A stretch of 41,061 nucleotides of DNA from a virus. Shown piece by piece: positions 6,996-16,500 of this stretch (its first letter is position 1; every line of letters starts with the position of its first letter). The notes beneath the pieces were generated by a model. That model worked only from the letters and a program-made list of their open reading frames with translations, made no database searches and had not been told where the DNA came from. The position numbers and the translations under genes were made by a program. The stretch covers positions 1-41,061 of the IMG/VR virus record IMGVR_UViG_3300045988_053295. The stretch is one strand, 5' to 3'.

Positions 6996-7028
6996 AAAAC
7001 GCCCCGAGCGTGATGCTCGAGGCGTTTT
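6996..7028 (-). terminator. Rho-independent terminator ending the late operon
   Basis: Minus strand reads aacgcc-t-cgagc, loop, gctcg-g-ggcgtt, then TTTTTTC. It lies directly after the stop at 7032. Confidence 0.8.
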
Positions 7029-7031
7029 GCG

Positions 7032-7265
7032 TTATGCTCCTGTCAGACGGCGGGCGGTGTTGTAGATGTGCGGCAGGCGGCGGGAGATGGTTTTGCGGTC
7101 GATACCGATTTCACCGGCCGCGTCCAGCTGCGGGAGCCTGCGCACGATATAAAGTCTCACGATCTGCTGATCGATCTCATCCAATAAGCCCTCGTCAGCG
7201 ACGCGCTCCCAGTCGCTGCGCGTGAGGTGTTCCAGCTCCTTCGGCAGAGCCAGCCGCGCAGTTAT
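7032..7265 (-). CDS. Small sigma-70 region-4-like / HTH protein; start codon unresolved
   Basis: The C-terminal part DEIDQQIVRLYIVRRLPQLDAAGEIGIDRKTISRRLPHIYNTARRL looks like sigma region 4. The only ATG (7487) lies inside the endolysin gene in another frame. No ATG or GTG occurs between 7304 and the HTH. GAAGGGAG (7283-7276) precedes an ATA codon at 7265, and an in-frame TTG lies further in. Confidence 0.35.
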   Translation of the reverse strand: MTARLALPKELEHLTRSDWERVADEGLLDEIDQQIVRLYIVRRLPQLDAAGEIGIDRKTISRRLPHIYNTARRLTGA

Positions 7266-7303
7266 GCTTTCGTCACTCCCTTCGGCTCGCCGCCTGGCGG
7301 AGC

Positions 7304-8002
7304 TTACTTCATCGCCGCAGCCAGCTTTTTCAGCAGGTCTTCGCCGTATTTGTAATCGGCAAGATACTTGATCGTGCTGTCCGCAAGTCCGGCCTTTGCC
7401 TTGATGGTCTTCTTGGCGTCCTCGACGGCCTTGTCGACGGTTTCCGTGTCGTAGTCGATCCACGGGAGCTTCCCGTGCTTCTTCCATACGCGGCTGTTGT
7501 AGCCGCTCTTGATACCGATGTTGCCGACGCCGGTGATCTGCACGCCATTACCCCAGATGGGCGTACACTCAACGGCCAAGCCGTCTCCGATGTACAGGCC
7601 CCAGTGGCCTGGCATCCACAGCCCTTCGCCTGGGACGAGTTTGTCCCAGGCGGACGCGGATACGTCCCTGCACTTCGCGATCATGCCGTCGGCGGAGACG
7701 TCAGGGACGCCGTTCGCGGCGTATTTTGCGCCGCCATATGCCGCGTTCTGATTGCCGTTCCAGCCCCACAGAATGCCCTTCGTGAGGTTCACGCAGTCAA
7801 AGCCGAAATAGCTCTTGCCGATCTGCTTGCGCAGCTCAGACTGCTTGGCGGCTGTGTACCAGCTTGGATACTGTGCAGCTTTTTCCCGGATGATGCTTTC
7901 TGTAACCGGCATCCCGAAGCAGCCCCACATATACACGGTTTGGTAATTCTTCGCGACGTCAATATGCCGCCTGACAAGCTCGGAGGCTTTCATAACGCTC
8001 AT
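7304..8002 (-). CDS. Endolysin, NlpC/P60-like cysteine peptidase
   Basis: Motifs are YMWGCFG...FGFDCVNLTKGILW (catalytic Cys context) and PGHWGLYIGDG (His). The start overlaps the holin stop. Confidence 0.7.
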   Translation of the reverse strand: MSVMKASELVRRHIDVAKNYQTVYMWGCFGMPVTESIIREKAAQYPSWYTAAKQSELRKQIGKSYFGFDCVNLTKGILWGWNGNQNAAYGGAKYAANGVPDVSADGMIAKCRDVSASAWDKLVPGEGLWMPGHWGLYIGDGLAVECTPIWGNGVQITGVGNIGIKSGYNSRVWKKHGKLPWIDYDTETVDKAVEDAKKTIKAKAGLADSTIKYLADYKYGEDLLKKLAAAMK

Positions 8003-8307
8003 GCCCGCTCACTCCCGTACAACTCGTGGTGCAGCTGCAGCACGGCGGCCTCGATCAGCTTGTCGACGGTCTCAACGTCAAATTTAATACCTTTCTCGGC
8101 GAGGAAGTTCACGACATACGCCTTTTTCGCCGCGCCGTCCGTCGCGGTGTACAGCTGTTCCGCCGCTTTTACGCCGATTTCGACGTATGTTTTGATGGTT
8201 TGCAGTTTGTTGGCATCGATCTTGGTTTTGAGCCACGGGATCAAAAATGCCGAAACGAGCGCGCTGATGAGCGCGATCACTGCCGAGATGATCTGTGTGT
8301 AGTCCAT
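7999..8307 (-). CDS. Holin, LL-H-like (holin superfamily 6)
   Basis: N-terminal TM segment IISAVIALISALVSAFLIPWL, then an amphipathic region ending IEAAVLQL. It lies immediately upstream of the endolysin. Confidence 0.7.
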   Translation of the reverse strand: MDYTQIISAVIALISALVSAFLIPWLKTKIDANKLQTIKTYVEIGVKAAEQLYTATDGAAKKAYVVNFLAEKGIKFDVETVDKLIEAAVLQLHHELYGSERA

Positions 8308-8320
8308 AAGTATGCTCCTT

Positions 8321-8578
8321 TCAATCTTTCAGCACGATCTCCGCGATGCGTGCTGCCGCTTCCGGGCCGTATTTTTGGGCCCATTTATCCATGTACTTCT
8401 GCGCGTACTTCGCGCGGTTCTCATTTTTGGCTTTCCAGAGATAGAACCCGCTGGAGGCCGTTGTTTCAGCCAGTACCGCAAGCGTGATCTCCGTCAGATC
8501 TGCGCCTGCCGCGCAGGCGATGATGAGCGCGATGCTGACGAGCGCGCTGCAAATCAGCCATTTCTTGCTAAACTCCAT
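8321..8578 (-). CDS. Small two-TM membrane protein in the lysis cassette (holin-like)
   Basis: 85 aa with WLICSALVSIALIIACAA and ITLAVLAETTASSGFYLW followed by a charged tail. Confidence 0.55.
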   Translation of the reverse strand: MEFSKKWLICSALVSIALIIACAAGADLTEITLAVLAETTASSGFYLWKAKNENRAKYAQKYMDKWAQKYGPEAAARIAEIVLKD

Positions 8579-8912
8579 TGCTATGTCCGCATTGCGCCTC
8601 CAGCTGGTGCAGGAATTTTTTCACGTCGCCGTTCCCGCCCATCTTTTTATACTTCTCTCCGGCAATCAGACGTTCAGCCATTGGCATTTCCTCGCTCATG
8701 ATCGTGAGCCTGAGGATTGCCAGATACTGCTCGCCCTGATGCTCCTGCATTTTCCCGAGCTTTTTGTCGATCTCGGCGAGATGCGACTCCTGCGTTGTGG
8801 CCTTGCCGCGCTTTTTCTGTACCGCGCTGACGACGGCGTTTACTACCGCCGTCAGCGCGGACGAGCCGAGCACGGCGCAGACGAGGGTAACGATGATAGT
8901 CTTGGTGTCCAT
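8568..8912 (-). CDS. N-terminally anchored membrane protein in the lysis cassette
   Basis: 114 aa. The TM segment is IIVTLVCAVLGSSALTAVVNAVV. It is the first gene after the fibre gene. Confidence 0.55.
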   Translation of the reverse strand: MDTKTIIVTLVCAVLGSSALTAVVNAVVSAVQKKRGKATTQESHLAEIDKKLGKMQEHQGEQYLAILRLTIMSEEMPMAERLIAGEKYKKMGGNGDVKKFLHQLEAQCGHSNGV

Positions 8913-8924
8913 GCCTCCGCCTCC

Positions 8925-10253
8925 TTATTCGTACTGCCACGCGATTGCACCGTTGACGGCAGGCGTCGTTTCTTCTGCGTTCAAAGACATACCTCTGGCC
9001 ATCAACGTCGTATAGTTTGTGTCTGCCTCATGCACACCTGTAGCACGGTTGAACATCTTGTACACCGTGTTCACGGCCCTTGGTGTAACGGCTTTGTCGG
9101 TATCCGTCCTGGTTACTGCGTCCACCAGATATGTAATGCCTCTGGCCCCTGTTCCGGCGCTCGGAAGATCCGCCCATGTGCCGTCACCTTTCAGATACTT
9201 TCCCTGCTGGCCCTTTGCGGGGGCAGGAACAAAGCCCGCCGTTCCGGCAGCGGTGCTGGTTGCGCCGGAGAACTCAGCCACGTCAGCATTATCTCCCTTC
9301 GGGCCTTGAGGCCCCTGCGGGCCAGCGGGGCCTGCGGCACCAGTATCTCCCTTTTCGCCTTTTGCGCCCGTCTGGCCCTGCGGGCCTTTGATGTTGACGC
9401 TGGCCGGATTGGCCTTGCCGCCGTCGTTCGTCCAACTCAAAACGCCATCAGAAGACACAGAGGGAGTAAACGTCGTGCCATCCGTTCCCGGAGCGCCGTT
9501 CGAACCATCTTTGCCGGGCGCACCATCCGCGCCAGCAGGGCCAGCAGGGCCAGCAGGCCCCTGCTGGCCGGGCGAACCGGGTTCGCCCTTTGCACCGTCC
9601 GCCCCCGGCTCGCCCTTGTCGCCCTTATCGCCCTTATCGCCCTTCGCGCCTTGCAGCGGGCCGTTATTGACCCATGAATTGGACACGCCGTCGTAGATAT
9701 AAATGTCATACGGTTCCGCCGTGCCGACACCGTAGGCGTCGCCCACCGCCGGATCCTGTACGGAAGATTCCAGTGCCGAGGCCGTTGCATAATAGCCCTT
9801 GACCACAAAGCCCGCGCCCGTGTCTCCCTTCGGCCCGGTTGGGCCGGTCGGGCCAGCGGGGCCGGTCTCGCCCTGCGGCCCTTTCTCACCGGGGTCTCCT
9901 TTCGGCCCCTGCGCTCCTGTATCGCCTTTTTCGCCCTTCTCGCCGGGGTCTCCCTTCGCGCCGGTTGCGCCGTCCTGCCCTTCCGCGACGACACCGGTAT
10001 CCTGCGTTCCGATAAACCAGTGCTTGTTGCTGCCGATATGCGGGGTTACGCCGTCCGCGCCATCTGCCCCGGCTGCACCTGTAGCACCTGCCGGGCCAGC
10101 AGGGCCAGGTGGGCCTGCTGGGCCTTTATCGCCCTTTGGGCCTTGTGGGCCGGTGTCTCCTTTATCACCTTTTAACGCATTGACTACCTGCATCGCCGCA
10201 GTGTCAGGGGCTACGGCCATGTTCAGCCGCTGTTCAAATACTGCGTCAGACAT
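8925..10253 (-). CDS. Collagen-like tail fibre protein
   Basis: Three blocks of G-X-Y triplets (for example GDKGDTGPQGPKGDKGPAGPPGPAGPAG). The fibre-type motif TDKAVTPRAV is present. The C-terminus TNYTTLMARG...ETTPAVNGAIAWQYE is shared with ORF 20170..20355. Confidence 0.8.
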   Translation of the reverse strand: MSDAVFEQRLNMAVAPDTAAMQVVNALKGDKGDTGPQGPKGDKGPAGPPGPAGPAGATGAAGADGADGVTPHIGSNKHWFIGTQDTGVVAEGQDGATGAKGDPGEKGEKGDTGAQGPKGDPGEKGPQGETGPAGPTGPTGPKGDTGAGFVVKGYYATASALESSVQDPAVGDAYGVGTAEPYDIYIYDGVSNSWVNNGPLQGAKGDKGDKGDKGEPGADGAKGEPGSPGQQGPAGPAGPAGADGAPGKDGSNGAPGTDGTTFTPSVSSDGVLSWTNDGGKANPASVNIKGPQGQTGAKGEKGDTGAAGPAGPQGPQGPKGDNADVAEFSGATSTAAGTAGFVPAPAKGQQGKYLKGDGTWADLPSAGTGARGITYLVDAVTRTDTDKAVTPRAVNTVYKMFNRATGVHEADTNYTTLMARGMSLNAEETTPAVNGAIAWQYE

Positions 10254-10266
10254 AACGACATACCTC

Positions 10267-10545
10267 CTACAGAAGTTCTTCTACGCCGACGACGGCGATC
10301 TCCGTTGCCCGGTCATTGCCGTTCTCATCCGTGAACGTCATTTGGCAGCGGGCCGGACGGACAGTCAAGCTGTCCGCGTCGGTCTTCGGGATCTCAACGG
10401 TAAAGCTCGTCGGAGAGGATACCGTCGGCGTATAGGATTTGGAAAAGCTGTCGCCCTGCACGACCTTGAAGCTAAGCTTTGTACACTGCGTCAGATCGAC
10501 GCCGCGCATCGTGACATACAGGACGTTTTTGATTTTCTGTACCAT
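10267..10545 (-). CDS. Hypothetical virion-module protein (92 aa)
   Basis: Clean ORF between the giant gene and the fibre gene, with RBS GGAGGT. Confidence 0.55.
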   Translation of the reverse strand: MVQKIKNVLYVTMRGVDLTQCTKLSFKVVQGDSFSKSYTPTVSSPTSFTVEIPKTDADSLTVRPARCQMTFTDENGNDRATEIAVVGVEELL

Positions 10546-10554
10546 GGATACCTC

Positions 10555-13500
10555 CTATCTGAGCCTGTCCCAGATTTTTTTCTTGGTGCTGTCGCCATAA
10601 TCGTACACGCTGATCGCAATGGCGTATTTCTGCTCCTGCGTCAGGTCTGTGCTGTTCAGATAGTCGCAGAACCACGTCCACGCATTTTTGTAGCCTGCCG
10701 CTTTTCGCTCGTCCTCGCTCGGTCGCTCTTCGTACTCCACAATCGCGTCGATATAGTCTGCCATTTCCGCGCCGGTGTCCTTGACATTATGTGACCATCC
10801 CGCTTGATACGACGGAGAAAGTTCACTTTTCGCGGAAGACGTGCTGATGTTTCCTTTTCGCAGCTGTTCAGAGAGGTAAGTATACGTCTTTGTGTTGTCC
10901 GTATAGAATCCCATGCGGATTGCGGATTTCTGGTCTTCCGTCCACTTCTGCTTGTCAAGCCATGCGTCGAACTGTGATTCTGCGCTTTCGGTGACTTTTC
11001 CGTCTTCGTCTTTTACGTCTTTCATTCCAGCGTGCGCATTCGCTGCCTGCAAAGCCATTGTTGGCGTGACCTTCGCATTTCTGCCGTACCGGTCATAAGC
11101 CTTGATCTCCTTGTCACTCAAAACAGCAAGCGCAACCGCGTCGTTGATCTCTCCGTTCTTGTAAGCTGCAAGATACTCGTCCGCTTTTGTGCCGTTTTTG
11201 TTGGCGTCAGAATAACGAGCCTCGATTGCCTTTTCCATAAAATGCTGCGCAAGCTCCTTGCTGCCCTTGCCTGCCAGTTCCTTCTGTGTGTCCGTCAGCT
11301 TGCCTCCGTACTTGGACGCTTCCAACGCCTCAAAATACGCGTTTGCTTTCTCAGTCGCAGAAGCCACAAGTTCATCGGAAAGGCCGATATAATCTGCGCC
11401 CTTATACTGGTTCTCGACACCGGAAAGCTGCTTCTTCGTATCGTCGGAAAGATAATGCTGCGCCTTGACGGCAGCGGAGATCATAGCGTTGTTCCGTTCT
11501 GCGCCGGATTTCTCCAAGATCTTCTGCGCGGAGGCTTTCATTTCATACCCGATCCCGAGCTTGTCCTTTGCGCTCTCCGCCGCAACGTCTTTCGCCTGCT
11601 TCAAAATCTCCGCTTTCATGCTGTCCGGCATGGACTTGTAATTCTTATCGTTCATCAGCGCGGTCACAGCAGCGGAAAACGCGTCGCCGTATGCCTTCTG
11701 GTATATGCTGCGCTGCTCGAACGTCAGGCTGACAGATTCGCCGTCGACCTTCACAGAACGCGGAGCCGTCCGGTCAGGGTACAGAGAATTGCCGGTCGCG
11801 TCGCTGATCTTCTCGATCTCGGAGGAAACTGCATCGGTCTTGTACGTCGTGATATTGCCGGGGTTCACGTTCCGGTTCAGGAAGTTGCGGACACCGCCCT
11901 CATTCTTGACAGGATTTCCCCATACGTCTGTCTTCGCTGGGAGTGTTTCACGCAGGCCGGGGATAGACGCTTTCGCGTTGTCGACCGCCTGCTGCCAGAC
12001 GTTATCCGAGGAATAGGCGTTCCGCTCAGTGTCGTCGAGGCCCTGCGCAATGCCGCGCAGCGCGTTCGGAATGACACTGGAAAGCTGGTTCGCGGCGTAC
12101 TTCTGCGCGGCGTCCAGCATTTTTCCGCCGGGCGTGCTTGCGTCGCTGTACTGATAGTTGTTTACAACATCCTGCATCGTGGACATGACCGGCGTATCCA
12201 AGACAGACTGCAACGCGCCGGACAGGGAATTTCCGAGCACACGGCCAGCCGTCACGCCCGCTTCACTGCGGATATCATCTGCGATCAGTGCGCCGGTCGT
12301 GAGCTGCGCGTTCAGCGGGTCGAGGAAACCGATGGACAGCAGCGTGTCGCCGTTCTGCCATTCAGTGCTTTCACCGCGAAGATCACGAAGGGCCGCGCTG
12401 ATATTCAGCTGTGTCCCGTCAAGGCCGTGCGTCTTGCCGAGCGCGTCCTTGTTCTTGTCTTCGTCGTCGCCGGTCACTTTCAGCCATCCGCGAAGCGCGC
12501 CAGCCGCAGCAATGGCGATCATGCCGGAGCCGGTCAGCGCACGTCCTACGCCCTGCACCGCCTTTGCCTGCTGCGCCGCTGTCAAATTGCCCTTCTTCGC
12601 GGAATCAAGCATATTGATGAAATCTGCGGCGGAAACGAGCAGACCGGCAGGCGAATACTCGATTGCACGCGCGCCGAGGTTCGAAGGAACCTGCGCGAAC
12701 GGCAGGACAATATCGCCCGCGCCGATATCGCCGATATGCGCCTTGTTGAGCGCGTTTCGGACGCCGATTGCCGCGTCGGACAGGACGGTCTTGTCCTGAA
12801 ACGTGCGGTAAAGTGCTTCCTGCTTGCCCGCGTCGCGCAGAGAATCATCCTTGATTTTGCCCTTTTCATAGAGCCGGTCAATTCCCTTCTGGACGCTGGC
12901 TTCAATTCCGCCCTTCTGAAATTCGTCGGTCGCGTTCAGCGTGTATCCCTCATACGCTTCCCAGACAGACATGAGTTTCGAGAACACGCCGCCGGACATT
13001 TTAAAGGTGCGGTTCGCGGTGTTCTCATACTTGCTCATACCCCCGGAGGTATCGACGTCAAGGCCGACCTCCATGCAGGCACGAGCAAGCCCGTCCATGG
13101 AGCCTTTGCGCTTTGCCGCCGAGAACCACGACGCATCGCCCGCGACGCTGCGCGTGCCGGTGATCGTGGATACCAGCATATCCAGCGGAACAGAAATATT
13201 CCGTGCAACGCTGTCAACCGGGTCGAAAACGTTATTGGAAACAAGGTTCCGCATGACTGTCGACACTTTGGACAGCATGCCCATGCGTCGGACCGTCTTG
13301 ACCTGCTCCCCAGCGGATACCGTCCGCGTATCAGCGGCGATATTGTAGATGCTGTCTGCCGCGAACGTCCGGAGGAAGTCGAGGTTTTCCCCGCCGCCGG
13401 ACTGCGCTTCCGAACGCGCATAGTTCGCAATGCGATTCATGGCCCAGTTGACAATGGGCGGGGTCTTATTGCCGATGAGCGTACCGGCCTTCCGGACTGT

Positions 13501-16500
13501 GCTTGCGCTTTTGATGATGTCGACCAGATCGTTGACGTTGACCTTCGCATTCTCCTGTCCGGTGCCGACCGCTGCGTCGTACTGCTGCGCAAGCGTGTTG
13601 ACGCGGTTCATGATCTCGGCCTTGTTGGTCTTCTTCGCCGCCCGTTCCAGCGCCGCAGAAGCGTCCGCAACAATGCCGCCGCCCGTCTGCCGGGAATACT
13701 TGGCGTAGGCCTGCAATGCCTGACCGGCTGCCGTGCCGTGCGCAGAAACTTCCTTGCGCCAGTTGGAATACTCCGTCCAGTCTCCGGTCTGCTCCGCTGC
13801 CCTGCGGTAGTTGTCGAGGATCGTCATGCCCATGTCGACCTCTTCGCCGCTCCAATTATGCTTCCCGCGCAGTTCGGCCATTTCCCCGGCGTAATCCTGC
13901 GCCAGCCGCAGCCGGGCGTTGTCAAGGCTCCTCGCCTCGGAAATGGTGTCGTACATGATTGGCGTTCGCTGCGATTCCGGCACGTTCCAGTCGGCTTCCA
14001 TGCTGCCGATGGTGTTGCTCTGCGTCTGGGACTGCTTCGGAACAGATTCAAACTGACTGCGCATCGCGCCCATGTCATTTGCCGAAACATTCTGGTTGAC
14101 AGAACCGCTGGATTGTGGTACAGTCCAATTAGAAGAACCTTGCGGCAGATCGCTTTGGGCGTTATGTACAGGGCTTTCGTCAAAGAAAGCATTGTACTCT
14201 GTAACATGCGGGTTCTTCTTTTGTATATACATGGTGTCTGTCGAGATCGTTTTTCTACTGTCTGAAACAGCTTCGACTGCAACATAGTTGCCATCAATAT
14301 ACTTCTTGAAAAGGAGAACGGGGCGGCCGCGAGTATCCGAATGCGCACTCAAATCGACACTATCGGGAGCAGAAATCACCTCCGTTAAGAGGGAAAGTGA
14401 ATCTGGTGTTACCGCGATTTGCCCACTATCCGCCTCGGCTTTTGCGCTTCCGTGCCGCTTAAATGTATGCGCGACATCATCGCTGGACATCATCACCGTG
14501 TAATCGGAAATGTCCATTCCTGCATTTTGCGCCATTTGCGCAGCTGCATCTGTAACCTTTCCGAGATACGCCCGCTTAAATTCGCTTCTGTTGCTCAAAG
14601 CGCTTTGAATGAATTTCTTGAAGTCTTGAACCGTCGAGATAATTACATTTTTCTTCCCGGTTGAAAGATTGACAACCTCTTGAAGATTGAATTTTTTCAA
14701 TCCGTTCGGTGCAAGGCTTTCTCCGCCCGTTATAACGCTCTCTGCTCCGCGTTCCTGCGCTGGCCGCGTCGTTTGCTGGGTGTTCTGATTCGCGGCCTGT
14801 GCGGGCGCTGTGAGCGTTTCGCCGCGCAGTGCGGCCTGAACGGACGCGTCAAGCATTTCGTCCTGTGTCAGCTGGGTATTCTGCGCCTGATTCTGGCTGC
14901 GCGAACCGAACGCGCGATTCAGCGCAAAGTTCCCCGCGCCGAGGATGCCGCCGACTGCTGCGCCGGTTGCAAATTCCTCGGCTGACTGATACGGATTGAA
15001 AACAGCGTCCCGGCCCTGCGCCGTGTTGTCGAGTGACAGCCACTCCCGATCTCCGTCATAGACAAGCTTCTGCATGGCGCGGCTGATCGGGTTCTGAATG
15101 AGTTCTTCGCCGCCCTCTTCGACCGCGCCCTTGATCAGATTTTTCGCCTTGCTGAGCGCAGAAAGCGTGCCGTCGTTCATCCAGTCGTTGTTTTCCAGAC
15201 CACCGCCGACTTCGATTGCGGCGTTTGCAAGGCCAGCTATCGTAGACGCCAGAATAGCCTGCTCGTCTGTCGCTCCGGCTCCCTTTGCCTCTGCAAAGTT
15301 ACCGCCGGTTTCCTGCATAAATGAAAGCCAATACGAAGGGTCGCTGGAGATCCGCCGCATAACGGTTTCGATGCTGCCTGCAAGGCCGGAGCTGGCCTGC
15401 GTCAGCGTTCCTGCGCTCGAAGTGCCAAGCGTCAAAAGCGCAAGCGCAGCCTGCGGCAGCGCTGCGATGACACCGGTTCCAATCGTGTTTGCAACGCCGC
15501 CCGCTTTCGTATCGCTCCAGTTTGCTGCGGAGCGCTCGTTCAGCGAATCGGACGTGCGCTGGGTGTACTTTGCCCAATTATGGATCGGCTGCAAAAGGGA
15601 ACTGGTGAACGCCGAATCTCCTTTTACAAACTTCCCGTCCTTTGTAAACCCGCCGTTTAAATAACTTTCTACTGTTTCGACTGTCGTCGCTGCGGCGTCG
15701 GCAAAGTTGGCAATAGAAGAGTTGAACTGACCAAGTCCTGCGCCAAGCATGGTGAAAAGCTTTCCGCCGATCCCCTTGTCGGTCTGCGGCTGGGCTGCGC
15801 TCTGCCGCTGCGTGATCGCCTGCTGCATGAGGCTGTCCGTCTGAGAAGGGATACTGAACCGTTCGGAATCCCGCACCGTCGGCAGGCTGCGCCAAGCGTT
15901 CTGCTGAAGCTCTCTCCGGGCGGAATCAAAAAACTGCTGTTCCGCCCCTCTGGTCTGTGCGTCTGCCGCTTCGTTGATCGTGAACCGGTCTGCGTCCGCC
16001 ACAGTCGGGAGGCTCTGCCACGCATTTTTCCGGGCCTCTTTCTGTGCCTCTTCCTTGCGCTCCTGATACGAACGCATGACTTCTGCGCGGCTCGGCGTGT
16101 CGGTGTACTGAACGGAATAGGAATCCCGCGCGTTCTGCCCGCTTGCCGCAGCGGCCTTGATCTCCGGGGCCGTCGCCTTCTTTACAAGCGTCAGTTCGGC
16201 GCTGGCGGCGTTGATCTGCGCCCTTGCCGTGTCATATCGTGACTTTGCCTCGGCGTACTTGCTTTCAAGGTCGCCGCTGCTCTTGCCGCGCGCCTTGTTC
16301 GCGGAGATCTGCCGGGCAATGTCCGCCATGTCCTTCTGCGCGGAAGCGGCCTGCTTGCGCAGCGTTGCAACGTCCGGGCCGGTAGATGCTAGTGCAGACT
16401 TCGCTGCGCTCTTTTTCGTGCCGGAGGTGCTGGAAGCGTATGTACCGGAACCGCCGGAGTACGAGCCGCCCGCAGAGCCGGTTCCGGAGCTGACCGGGGC

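Noticed and set aside
7266-7487. Full-length 151-aa version of the HTH ORF starting at ATG 7487
   Set aside because: Its first ~75 codons overlap the well-supported endolysin C-terminus in another frame and encode Arg-rich filler. Only the part downstream of the endolysin stop looks like real protein.
9437-9994. Alternative-frame ORFs inside the collagen-like gene (9437-9994, 9388-9696, 9176-9391)
   Set aside because: They are products of the G-X-Y triplet periodicity (Pro/Arg/Ala-rich). The frame with collagen triplets plus fibre motifs is the coherent one.
11032-14265. Very long antisense ORFs: 11032-14265, 16711-18192, 20356-22626, 23926-26505, 27238-28842, 8484-9677, 9799-10794, 38445-39443 (plus strand) and 30679-31938 (minus strand)
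   Set aside because: Each lies opposite a gene with clear motifs or RBS-coupled neighbours. All are Arg/Leu/Ala-rich with no domain signatures, which is the usual stop-poor antisense frame of GC-rich DNA.
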